This document shows positions 1 to 10,854 of a stretch of DNA of 64,000 bases, piece by piece (positions within the stretch are counted from its first letter, which is position 1; the number at the start of each line of letters is the position of its first letter). The position numbers were made by a program, and so were the translations under genes. Under the pieces are notes generated by a model. That model made no database searches. It was not told where the DNA came from and was given only the letters and a program-made list of their open reading frames with translations. Source of the DNA: Eledone cirrhosa (Eukaryota). The stretch lies in the NCBI GenBank assembly GCA_964016885.1, contig OZ024741.1:49910001-49974000 (forward strand), read 5' to 3'.

Positions 1-284
1 AGACACCAACAGATCTAGCTGCAATACAAAAGACGATCTGAAAGCCAGGATCACAAGTGCCTTTAGGGGCCTAAGTCGGGGGACAGTGATGAAGGCCTGT
101 AGCCGGTTTCGAGGCCGCCTTGAGGCCATCATCAAAGCCAATGGCGGGTTTATCGAGTGAGATTGAAAGAACAAGTCATGAAGACAAACTGACCCAAGTT
201 TGATAAATAAATCTTAAAAAATAAAACTACTGTGTTATTTTTTCCTAGACAGTAATCTTGCGAACAAATATCGTTTGCACCCTG
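1..284 (+). mobile_element. 3' end of a Tc1/mariner-superfamily DNA transposon (transposase C-terminus and right TIR)
   Basis: Frame 2 reads DTNRSSCNTKDDLKARITSAFRGLSRGTVMKACSRFRGRLEAIIKANGGFIE* (stop at 158-160), a typical Tc1/mariner C-terminus. The element ends in CACCCTG followed by TA at 285-286. Confidence 0.8.
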
Positions 285-334
285 TATATAAAGGACCAAC
301 TTTTAAGTGAATAAACATAAATTGAGGTACTTAC

Positions 335-957
335 CAAAGATGAAACCTGGGGCTGTTCCAGTGCTCTTACACCACTCTTTACTAGTGTTATGTCTTACAC
401 AGCAACCAAAGTAAATATTACTAAAATATAAATAATCTTCATTCAATAATACTGTGGATGTTTCAGTAGCCATTTCATGCCATTTGTAGCATATCTCTGA
501 TCCTGGAGCTGATGTTACAGTCAGTGTTACAGTCTCTATTACAGTCTCTGTTACAGGCTCTGTTACATCCTCGGTTACATTTGGTGTTACATTCTCGGTT
601 ACATTTAGTGTTACAGTCTCTGTTACATTCTGTGTTACATTCTCGGTTACATTTGGTGTTACATTCTCGGTTACATTCTGTGTTACATTCTCTGTTACAT
701 TTGGTGTTACAGTTGGTGTTACAGTTGATGCTACACTGTATTGGTTTGGATGAAACGAGAAATAATTACGAGTTTCATTGTTATAACACTTACAAATGAT
801 GTCATTTCCTTTAATATTATAACCAAGTTGGACACCTTGATAAACACGACTACTGGGTAGACCAGCAACAATTATAAACGGTTCCATTTGTGCATTCCAT
901 GGCTCTTCAATGAAATATTCATTATTTTGAAGTGAGATCATCCAACTATCTGTATAG
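335..957 (-). CDS. Host gene coding exon D (unassigned Cys-containing domain with Thr/Val-rich repeat); gene continues beyond the window
   Basis: Acceptor ttgcAG|C is phase 2, matching exon C. Donor TTTG|GTAAGT is at 334-329. The frame is open (YTDSWMISLQ...TGTAPGFIFG) and has no TE similarity that I recognise. Confidence 0.8.
510..725 (-). repeat. Coding minisatellite, 18 x 12 bp, encoding [N/T]VT[E/P/Q/L]
   Basis: Plus-strand GTTACA recurs with 12-bp periodicity. The translation runs TVTP TVTP NVTE NVTQ ... TVTS. Confidence 0.95.
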
Positions 958-1054
958 CTGCAATATATATACATAAATTAAGATGGATACAGTAAAAAAC
1001 TGGTTAAACCAGTACTCACTAGAGTACTCGAAACTTGGGGTGGTAGAGTATGAT

Positions 1055-1175
1055 TATATGAATGAGTCAGGACCCCGACTGCTGAGCTCTTGCTATTTCA
1101 ACAGCTAGCTCCAGTCTGGAACTAGCTGTTGAAATGATAAAAGCTCAGCCATCGGGGTCCTGACTTATTCATATA
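1055..1175. repeat. Imperfect 121-bp palindrome (60-bp arms) formed from an unclassified repeat
   Basis: The arms are reverse complements about a centre at 1115. A non-palindromic copy of the same repeat (matching 975-1114) lies inverted at about 42608-42750. Confidence 0.85.
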
Positions 1176-1874
1176 TATATAGAGAGAGAGTAGTAATAAG
1201 GATTTCATTTATTGGCCACAAGGGCCGAAAAGAGAGAGTAGTAATAATAAATACAAAAAATAATGAAAACAATGAAATACATGAGATGAATAAACAAAAG
1301 TATCAATTTCTCTTCAGCCACACCTGGGCAATGCAATTACGTATATAAGTGTGGTATTGCATAATATTGAGTGCAGGCTGCACGACAGCTTCAAACAAGA
1401 TGCATATGAGGCAACACAACATAGAAATGGAGGGAAACAAGTGAGTATCTTTTGACTTGAAACTGGACCAAATACTGTGCAGACAGGTTGTGCAAATAGC
1501 AGGGAAATCTGAATAGCCTTTCATAAAAAAAAAAGAGGACAGAGAGTGTGAGAGGAAATGATAGTTGTGACTCTGGTAAATAAACATTTAGTTAATCATA
1601 TTGTAGCTAGAATACAGATAGAAGGAAAGAAGTTTAGGGAGCTACTACTTCTGCTAACAACAAAAGGTTTCTCTCTATGAGCAAAAGGTTGGCTGTATGA
1701 TTTCTGTGTACAATGTGCTTAGAGGGTGATCACTGCATGAAGAAGTGCCAAGAAATCCCAGTGGAAGGAAGCCAAAGTAGAGGAAGACCTAGACAGAGAT
1801 GTTGAGAACTGATCCCAAATTGCTTAAGCTAACAGAGGAGATGGTGAAGGAGCAATGCAATGTAGTTATATAAT

Positions 1875-2057
1875 TGTTTCTACTTTAGGCACAAGGCCAG
1901 CAATTACCCAATGCATTACTGGTACTTTATTTTATCGACCCCGTAAGGATGAAAGGCAAAGTCAACCTCGGCGGGATTTGAACTCAGATCGCAAAGGGAC
2001 GTAACTATGCTGGAAAGCATGGTGTCCGACCTCTACCGATACTGCCAATCTACCGCC
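1875..2057 (-). mobile_element. tRNA-derived SINE with Nin-type central domain
   Basis: tRNA-like head with GTTCAAATCC B box and core TTTGCCTTTCATCCTTACGGGGTCGATAAAATAAAGTACCAG. 14-bp TSD at 1861-1874 and 2060-2073. Confidence 0.85.
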
Positions 2058-2299
2058 CTTGTAGTTATATAATAACCACCTTACATGTTTTCTTCAGACG
2101 AATCGAGATGTATTTTTTCATTAATATACAACTGGTCCAACGTGTCGTTAACCTTGACGTTTAGTACTCATATGATTAGATTCCTCTTGTAGCAATTCTA
2201 TTTGGAGTGGGAGACAGTATTGTTGCTGGCATTGGTGATTGAAAGCTGGCTGGGGGTATCAAGTTACCAGAGTGGTTGTTTGTTTCATCGCTGTTTACT

Positions 2300-3810
2300 G
2301 TTCATTTTTCCATGCTTCAGCCTGTGCCCATGGGAAGGCGGATCTTCTCTATTACTGCATAATGCCACAGATCTCGGTCCTGTATCATCGTCTTTGAGAG
2401 GTGCAATTGAACAAGGTCAGCTTTTATCACCTCATCCCCACTCCGAAGCTCCCATTAACTTTGAGTGCTCTGCACCCTTTTATACAGCTGTCATCCTTCA
2501 TATGCATCACATGTCCATACCAACGCAATCTCCTCTCCTGCACACTGCATCTGATTCCTCTTATGCCTAGTTTCTCTCTCAGTGTGTTTATGCTTTGCTG
2601 TTTATGTATATTACTATTACACATCTGTCAAACCATGCAAGCTTCATTTCTTTCTAATCTACGCAAGTCTTCTGCACACAATGCCCAGGTCTCACTACCA
2701 TGTAGCATTGCTGTTCATATGCATGCATCATACAGTCTGCCTTTCATTTTGAGGGAAAAGCCTTTTGTAGTTAGCAGTGGTAGTAGCTCGCTGAACTTCT
2801 TCCTTATTGTTATCACTCTGACTGCTGTACTTTCAGAACACCCACCCCTACTGCTAATTCGGTCACCCAAGGAGCAGAAGCTGTCTACTACTTCTACCAA
2901 ACCTTCCTGGAATTTGGTAGCACTTGTTTCCTGTGGTCATTTGCTGCTTACTGCTTCGGTGCAATGGCTACATGTAAAACCTACATTTTTAGCTAAACTT
3001 CCTGAAATCCCACTACATCTGTTGTGTACCTATAGGACGGAATTTCTACCTACATCTTTCCTATACACTGAGCAATGCCATTTTCATGATGGGATCAGGG
3101 GTTTGTTTTCTCTTCTACTTGCTAGGACCTTAGTCTGTCAGGTTGACTTTAAGACCCTTTGTTTCTAGGCCATGCTTCAAGATTTGGAATTTTTTCTCTA
3201 GTCCACCATAGACTCAGCTATAAGTGTAAGATCATCTGCATACAGGAGTTCCCATGGGCAACCAGTCTTAAACTCCTCTGTTGTGCCTGAATAATGATAA
3301 TAAACAGGAGAGGGCTATGAACAGATCCATGGTGGACACCAACCTGCACGCTAAATTCCTTGCTATAGTCGTTAATCCTAACTTTGCTGACTGTTCCCCT
3401 ATACATGGCTTGTACAGCGTTCATAAGCCACTCATCTACTCCTAGTTTTCTAAGAGCCCACCAGATTATGTCATGGGGCACTCTGTCAAAAGCTTTCTCC
3501 AGATCAACAAATGATAGGTAGAGCAGCTTACTTTTAGCTAGGTACTTTTCCTGTAGCTGCTTCACCAGGAAGAGAGTATCTGTGGTGCTTTTACCTGGTA
3601 CAAATTCGAAGTGCATCCATCTAGATTTATCCAGCCCCTAATCAGCTGTGCTATGACCTTTTCTGTTACTTTCATGACCTGGTCCATCAACTTGATGCCT
3701 CTATAGTTTTCTTTATCTAGTGCATCTCCTTTACCTTTGTAGCAGTTGATGATGATGCTGCTGTGCCAATCATTCAGTATGACACCATTTAGTATTACAA
3801 GGTGTGACCT
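2300..3810 (-). mobile_element. Degenerate 5'-truncated RTE-clade LINE
   Basis: Broken RT frames include YKGKGDALDKENYRGIKL, FVDLEKAFDRVP, VGVHHGSVHSPLLF and RLRWYGHVMHM. Confidence 0.9.
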
Positions 3811-4167
3811 ACTGACCAAGTTGCATATCAACACACATTGACCTTTAATCTCAATCAGCCTAACTTAGATACCCATTCCTTTCTTTGAGCTCACATTGTT
3901 GTTGTCTGATTTACTGCCTTTGTTTAAAAGAAAGGGCCATCTGTTAAATGTTTCTGGAGACCTAGTCATTATATATATACAAGAAATTTTGACCCCAGAA
4001 AGTTCTGTTTGCCTTTTCACCCTGCCACAGACAAATTCTCACTCATTTCCAATCTGATCAGGCAGTTGTGTGGTCGGCTGTTCTGGCCATGCACCCAACT
4101 TCAATCAAGGTCAGTAGAATTCACTATGTTTAGATTCCACATTCATGCACACAATCCAACCAACCAA

Positions 4168-4367
4168 NNNNNNNNNNNNNNNNNNNNNNNNNNNNNNNNN
4201 NNNNNNNNNNNNNNNNNNNNNNNNNNNNNNNNNNNNNNNNNNNNNNNNNNNNNNNNNNNNNNNNNNNNNNNNNNNNNNNNNNNNNNNNNNNNNNNNNNNN
4301 NNNNNNNNNNNNNNNNNNNNNNNNNNNNNNNNNNNNNNNNNNNNNNNNNNNNNNNNNNNNNNNNNNN
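4168..4367. other. Assembly gap (200 N)
   Basis: Run of N. Confidence 1.
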
Positions 4368-4605
4368 AATAGAAAATAGAAGATGGAAAAAATAGAAAAT
4401 AGAGGACCAATTCAATTTGGTGACAGCCTGCCACCTTGGTGTTATATTGATGGTAGATAGTCCTCTATTTTCTATTTTTCTTTCTTCTATTCTCTGTTTG
4501 GATTCAATGTAATCCTGTTATATAATTCTGTAAATAACACCTGATGAAATCGTCTAGTCCTCATCATAATTGGATGATATATGTGTGTGTGTGTGTGTAT
4601 ATATA

Positions 4606-6347
4606 TCATCATCATCACCGTTTTACGTCCGTTCTTCCACGCTAGCATGGGTTAGACGGGTTGTCCTGTTGTGGGCAGTGTCTGGTCAGCTGACCATGCC
4701 TTGCTCATACAGGAACTGATTTGGCTTGATTTCTACAGCTGAATGCCCTTCCTAACACCAACCTCATTTACAGTGAGTGCTGGGTGCTTTTTCATGGTGC
4801 CTACACGTCCACTTTACAGTGTGGGCTGGGTGCTTTTTTGCCGTGGCACCTCCACGACCACCTTGCGGTGTGGGGGCATATTGTCTATATGCTTCAGCTT
4901 GTACCCATGGGAGGTCGGGTACTCTGTATTACTGCGTGACGCCAGAGGTCATGGTCGTGTGTCATTGCCTTTGAGAGGTGTAATTGGGTAAGGTCGGCTT
5001 TTATCACCTCATCCCAGGTCATCTTGGGTCTCCCCATCCCGTGGTTTCCATCGACTTCTAGTGCTCTGCACCTTTTTATGCAGCTGTCATCCTTCATACG
5101 CATCACATGTCCATACCAGCGCAACCACCTCTCCTGTACACAGCATTTGATTCCTCTTATGCTTAGTCTCTCTCTCAATTCATTTATGCTTTGTCGTTCA
5201 CGTATATTACTGTTACACATCCATCGGAGCATGCAGGCTTCGTTTCTCTCTAATCTATGCAAGTCTTCCACCTTCAGCGCCCAGGTCTCACTACCATACA
5301 ACATTGCTGTTCGGATACACGCATCATACAGTCTGCCTTTCATTCTGAGGGAGAAGCCTTTTGCAGCTAGCAGTGGTAGTAGTTCCCTAAACTTCTTCCA
5401 TCCCGTTCTTACCCTAGTTATTGTACTTTCTGAACACCCACCTCCGCTGCTAATTCGGTCACCTAGGTAGCAGAAGCTGTCTACTGTTTCTACAGAACCC
5501 TCCCAGAGATTGGTGGTACTTGTTTCCTGTAGCTGTTTGCTGCTTTCTGTCCCAGCACAGCTGCTGCATGTGAAGCCTACATTCTTAATTAAGCTTCCTG
5601 AGATCCCGCTACATCTCTTGTGTACCCATTGTTTGCATTTGGGGCAGAGAATGGAGTTCCTACCTACACCTTTCCTACATACTGAGCAAGGCCATTTCCC
5701 TGAGGGGATCTGGGTTCTGTTTTCTCGTCTACTTACAAGGACCTTAGTCTTTGTCATGTTGACTTTGAGACCCTTTCTTTCTAATCCCTGCTTCCAAGTT
5801 TGGAATTTCTTCTCATGGAGGCACATGGCTTAGTGGTTAGAGCATTGGCCTTGCAATCGAAAGGTTGTGAGTTCAATTCTCAGACCGGGTGATGTGTTGT
5901 TTCCTTGAGCAAGACACTTTATTTCACATTGCTCCAGTTTACTCAGCTGTAGAAATGAGATGATAGGGACTGGGGTCCATATCATTCCACTGCAAAGTGG
6001 TCGTGCAGGTGCCACGGCAAAAAAAGCACCCAGCACTCACTGTAAAATGAGGTTAGTGTTAGGAAGGGCATCCAGCTGTAGAAATCAAGCCAGAATCAGT
6101 TCCCGTCCCACCCTTGCAAGCAGGGAAAAAGCAGACGTAAAATGAAATGATGATGATGATGAGTTCTACCATAGATTCAGCTATGAGTGCGAAGTCATCA
6201 GCATACAGGAGTTCCCATGGGCATCCGGTCTTAAACTCCTCCGTTATTGCCTGCAGGACTATGATGAACAGGAGGGGGCTAAGAACAGAGCCCTGGTGGA
6301 CCCCAGCCTGTACGTTAAATTCCTCGCTATACTCATTGCTAATCCTA
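4606..6347 (-). mobile_element. 5'-truncated RTE LINE (RT C-terminal part, PHD-like finger, 3' UTR, (ATG)n tail), interrupted by a SINE
   Basis: ORF 4894-5826. The upstream GVHQGSVLSPLLF and LLYADD segment lies at about 6165-6347. The (CAT)n tail is at 4606-4617. Confidence 0.9.
5817..6161 (+). mobile_element. tRNA-derived CORE-type SINE with RTE-derived tail
   Basis: A box TGGCTTAGTGG, B box GTTCAATTC, CORE-like TCCTTGAGCAAGACACTT. The tail matches the RTE 3' end at about 14300-14355. A near-identical copy lies at 33596-33945. Confidence 0.85.
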
Positions 6348-6401
6348 ATATATATATATATTAAAATATAAGTATTAATAAAATAGATGTTCTTTTGATC
6401 A

Positions 6402-6464
6402 ATTACATTTTATTATACATATTTCGGATGTACAACAGTACGTCCTCATCAGACAAAATATAAT
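6402..6464 (-). ncRNA. Minimal type I hammerhead ribozyme
   Basis: AUUAUAUUUUGU-CUGAUGA-GGACGUAC(UGUU)GUACAUCC-GAAA-UAUGUA-UA/AUAAAAUGUAAU. Stem I has 12 bp, stem II has 7 of 8 paired, the core is intact and stem III is short and quasi-palindromic. Confidence 0.8.
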
Positions 6465-7952
6465 GATACATGACATACCCTGAGATGTTAATTGGTTAAG
6501 ATTTAATCAAGGTAGTGATTACCCGATAGAAAATTTTACTTATATAATATCTATGTGAAAGTGCGAAAACGTAATAAATTCATTAGAGAATGTGTGAGTA
6601 AGAAAAAACGTTGCATACTGTAAGTGTTCTAAAATTTTAAAGTGTATGATACTACAATATATCTAGGAAAATGTCTCATGAATCATAACAGCCAGTGATA
6701 GCCACTGGAAAAAGATTTATAAGGAGGGAAAAATAAAGTGTGGGGGAGGGGGTCGAAAGTTAAACGGTTAGATTTGAAAATATTTAATTTATAATATTAA
6801 GGTGAAGACTCCAGATTTCAGGATTATTTGCTAGTTATTTATATATTATTTATATAAATTTAATAAGGGTGTTATCATTTCTAAACTTCTGAATTGTGAG
6901 AATAACATTTAAAGGATTTAGCTGGCACATAAAGAATGAAATATTATACTGTTGATTAATTACCTAAATCTAAACTTTAACAAATATACCAACATATTAG
7001 GTATGTAAAGCTTTTGAAGTACTTATTGTTATAAATATTTAAATAACTATTATGTATATAGGTATATATTAATGAGCCAGTATGTTTAAGGTAAATAATA
7101 CCGACGAAAATAAAAATAAAATGTTAAGGATAAATATATACATATGTATAACTGGGTGTAAATGTACTAATTATTCTTCAACCAAGATATCAACATACTA
7201 TTAGATATAGGGACGTATATATATATAGATATATATTAGGTATTATTAGTGTAGTATACTTTAGGTAAATGATAACAGTTATACTCTTATCAACGTGTTA
7301 CATTTAAATATATATATATATACATATAAGAAAAACAAACAATGAGTGCATGTATAATATAGAGTTCAAAATAATGTCTATAATAATTTTTAGTTTGGAT
7401 ATTTTCTCTATATTTGAATCATATATATAGAAGTATGGTAAGTATATTTTAAAATATTAAAAAATATATAAAATACAATATATAACTACATATATATTAT
7501 AATACATTATATAATAAATAAATAAATAAGAGATCGAAAGTACAGCGAAAAATTCACATTTATATATAAGTTTGAATCCGTCTCAAAATTTAGATTTTAT
7601 AGTGCAGTAAGTATATTTAAAAGAAATATATGCTATATTATACTATAAATAATAGATCAAAAAGTCATTAAAAATTTGGAGTTATAGATAAGTTTCATAA
7701 AAAATTTTGGATTGGGTATTAAACTAAAATTTAAAAGAGATCACAAATGTATTAAAAATTCACAGTTAAATAAATTCAATAAATATGTAAAGATTAGGTA
7801 TTGTACTAAATTATAGATAAATGATGGTGTTGATCAAAGTTAACAAATAATGTTGTGTGTATCAATGTTTAGGCATGCTAATTGAAATATTGTCATTCAT
7901 TCAAGCGTTGTTTTTTCTATAGATAGTTATAAAATAAAGCCATTGATGTTTT

Positions 7953-8396
7953 TTACTGTTGATTATATATTCCTGGTAACCGAGTTGTTATTGGTTCTTT
8001 CTTTCTCGTTTTGTGTGAGGCTAAAAAAGTGGACGTAGCTTTATGGAGGCAATTAGAGAATAATTCACTTTTTTTGTTAATTAGGGTCTCGTAATTATTA
8101 ATAATCAACAAGGTCTCTATTGTACAGAACGGGCAGTTATTTGATATACTAGAGTTGCGGTAAATTCCACAGTTCCGAAGTTTTGTCCAAAGAATGGAGT
8201 ATTCTAGATTCTTCTCTTTTAAAGACCATATGAGCTGTGATAAAGACGTGGATGATTTCTTTTTAGAGTTCGAGAATGAGCATTTATGGTTCGCGAAACG
8301 AAGTTTGAATGTGGACGAGGTTGATCCAATGTAATTGTATGTTTTATGGTCAGTTTTTACGGTGCATTTATAAACCAAATTACTATCTAAACACAA
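7953..8396 (-). pseudogene. GIY-YIG endonuclease domain of a Penelope-like element (5'-truncated, no RT)
   Basis: Motifs LVYKCTV, YIGSTSSTFKLRFANH, CPFCTIE and LINKKSELFSNCLH. Confidence 0.85.
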
Positions 8397-8419
8397 TTAT
8401 TTTTCAATATATATATATA

Positions 8420-8483
<64 letters not shown>

Positions 8484-8500
8484 ATATATATATATATATA

Positions 8501-8539
<39 letters not shown>

Positions 8540-8580
8540 ATATATATATATATATTTTGCAATATATATATATATATATA

Positions 8581-9425
8581 TGAATAAAGTTAGTCCTTCA
8601 TTAGTGATCTTCCAACCATCATTGGTATTTCATCGCTTTAAAGACCATATACCTCCGGTTGGTGCGAGCAACGGCTAAAAAAAGTCGTTGGGACACGTAA
8701 ATAAAGGGGACACGATAGTGTAAACAAACAAAGATGGTGAAGCAACGAAAAGTGAGGAAGAAGGAGTCAAGTCCCAAATTTCCATGAATATAAGTTCGGT
8801 GAAATCGTGAACGAGAGAGAATAAAGACCATCAAACCTGGTTGGAATGTGAGCAAGGGAGGAATTCCGTACAGGTCTAACGGGAGGAAGAAGGAATCTAG
8901 TTTGTGAATTCGGTAAACATAAGTTCTGTGAAATCGTAGACGAGAGAGAGAAAAAAAGAGATACCTGCCTGACCAAGGGTGCGAAAGAAAAGAATTACGC
9001 ACAGGTCAAACGGGAAGAAGGAGGGGGAGGAGAGGTAGTAACAGAGAGTGAGTGAGTGAAGGGTGAGAGAGGAAGCAGTAAGAACGAAATAGACGGGTCA
9101 TAGCGAGGGAAAAAATATGTGTAAATATGAGAATAAACGTGCTGCGTGGCTGCTAATGGGTTACATATGAATAAAGTTAGTCCTTCATCAGTGATCTTCC
9201 AACCATCATTGGTATTTCATCCCTTTAAAGACCATATACCTCCGGTTGGTGCGAGCAACGGCTAAAAAAAGTCGTTGGGACACGTAAATAAAGGGGACAC
9301 GAGAGTGTAAACAAACAAAGATGGTGAAGCAACGAAAAGTGAGGAAGAAGGAGTCAAGTCCCAAATTTCCATGAATATAAGTTCGGTGAAATCGTGAACG
9401 AGAGAGAATAAAGACCATCAAACCT
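8581..9425. repeat. X-Y-X partial tandem repeat (about 257-bp direct repeats), possibly Penelope pLTR-derived
   Basis: 8581-8837 is nearly identical to 9168-9425. The segment is flanked by (TA)n. Confidence 0.7.
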
Positions 9426-9564
9426 AAGTATATATATATATATATACTTATGCGAGCAAGACAACCACTCTTGCCTCAAGTGGGAAAACTCCCGTCCAAA
9501 CCCATGCAAGCGTGGAATATGGACGTTAAACGATGGTGATGATGATATATATATATATACACAT

Positions 9565-9630
<66 letters not shown>

Positions 9631-10854
9631 CGAAGGAAATGTGGTAAGGAACCAGGTGGACCATAACGCACCAAAGTACTCAATACTTAGGGTAGTAGAG
9701 TGGGCTGGGTGCTTTTTTGCTGTAGCACCTCCACGACCATTTTGCAGTGGGAGTGTGTGGGGGCATATTGTCTATATGCTTCAGCTTCAGCTTGTACTCG
9801 TGGGGGGTCGGGTCTTCTGTATTACTGCGTGACGCCAGAGGTCACGGTGGTGTGTCATCACCTTTGAGAGGTGTAATTGGGTAAGATCGGCTTTTATCAC
9901 CTCATCCTAGGTCTTCTTGGGTCTCCCCATATATATATATATGTCGATGCGACCAGATTTCAACACAGCAACAACTACAACAACAACAGCAACTACAACA
10001 ACAACAGCAACAACACCATTGTCTGTGTTGAATGTGTGTGTATGTATGTATACATATGTGTGTATATCTATATATGTATGTGCATATATCACACACGTGA
10101 AGCGACCAAATTTCAAAATTTCAACCCAGCAATTACAACAGCAACAACACCATTGTCTGCAGCATCAGTGAAATGAACAACAACAACGGCAGCAGCAGCA
10201 ACAACACAACAGCAACAAAAACAACTGCCACCACCATCACTGATACCATCCACCACCACCACCATCACTGACACTATCCACCACCACCATCACCAGCGAT
10301 CCGGCCTTAAGAAGAAGAAAACAACTATAATAATAGTAATAACTATTCTGTTCTTGGCACGGGGCAGCGCATGCTGGTGCCTTGTTTTTTTTTGTTTAGT
10401 CTGGGTTTTTTTTTGGGGGGGGGGTGTAGAGTGGAGGGCCGTTGCTCTATGCTGTAAAGCAAACAATTATTATTGTTGTGTAAAAACTGAACTGTAAAAG
10501 TCAACAGTTGACATGATCTTGTATCAGTACTGACGGTAATATATTTATGTGTGTGTGTGTGTGTGTGTGTGTGAGTGGCGTGTGTGTGTATGTATGCATG
10601 AGTGTTGGTGTGTGAGTGGCGTGTGTGTTTGTATGCATGTTGGTGTGTAAGTGAGTGTGTCTGTGCCGTGAGTGTCAATAAGTGGTGTTTGTTTTTTGTT
10701 TTTTTTTGTTATGACCATGCTGTAAAATGAAGGGGTAGAGAGGGCCCATGAGTCCAGTAAGACATCCTCTCTAGTGCTGGTGGCACGAATAAAAGCACCC
10801 AGTCCATGCTGTAAAGTGGCACTGGTGTTATGAAGGGCATCCAACCAGTGTATC

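Larger units (their letters stand above)
6360..8407 (-). mobile_element. 3' part of a Penelope-like retroelement (GIY-YIG domain, AT-rich 3' region, hammerhead)
   Basis: A GIY-YIG reading frame has a same-strand hammerhead 1.5 kb downstream. Both ends sit in (TA)n. Confidence 0.75.

Noticed and set aside
510-725. CRISPR-like array
   Set aside because: The units are contiguous 12-mers with no spacers, in frame within a eukaryotic exon.
303-974. 223-aa single-exon gene
   Set aside because: Splice sites at 957 and 335 and the phase match with exon C show it is an internal exon.
4009-4434. ORFs spanning X runs
   Set aside because: They are artefacts of the 200-N gap.
4541-4582. Plus-strand CTGATGA followed by a stem
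   Set aside because: The sequence runs into a microsatellite before any GAAA core, so it is at most a truncated hammerhead.
5817-5890. tRNA gene
   Set aside because: The A and B boxes belong to a SINE head that continues into CORE and RTE-tail sequence and recurs in the window.
9165-9200. Minus-strand CTGATGA in the X-Y-X repeat
   Set aside because: I found no closing stem II or GAAA, and the second copy reads CTAATGA.
9950-10330. CAA/CAG/CAC-rich short ORFs
   Set aside because: These are simple trinucleotide repeats without splice or domain support.
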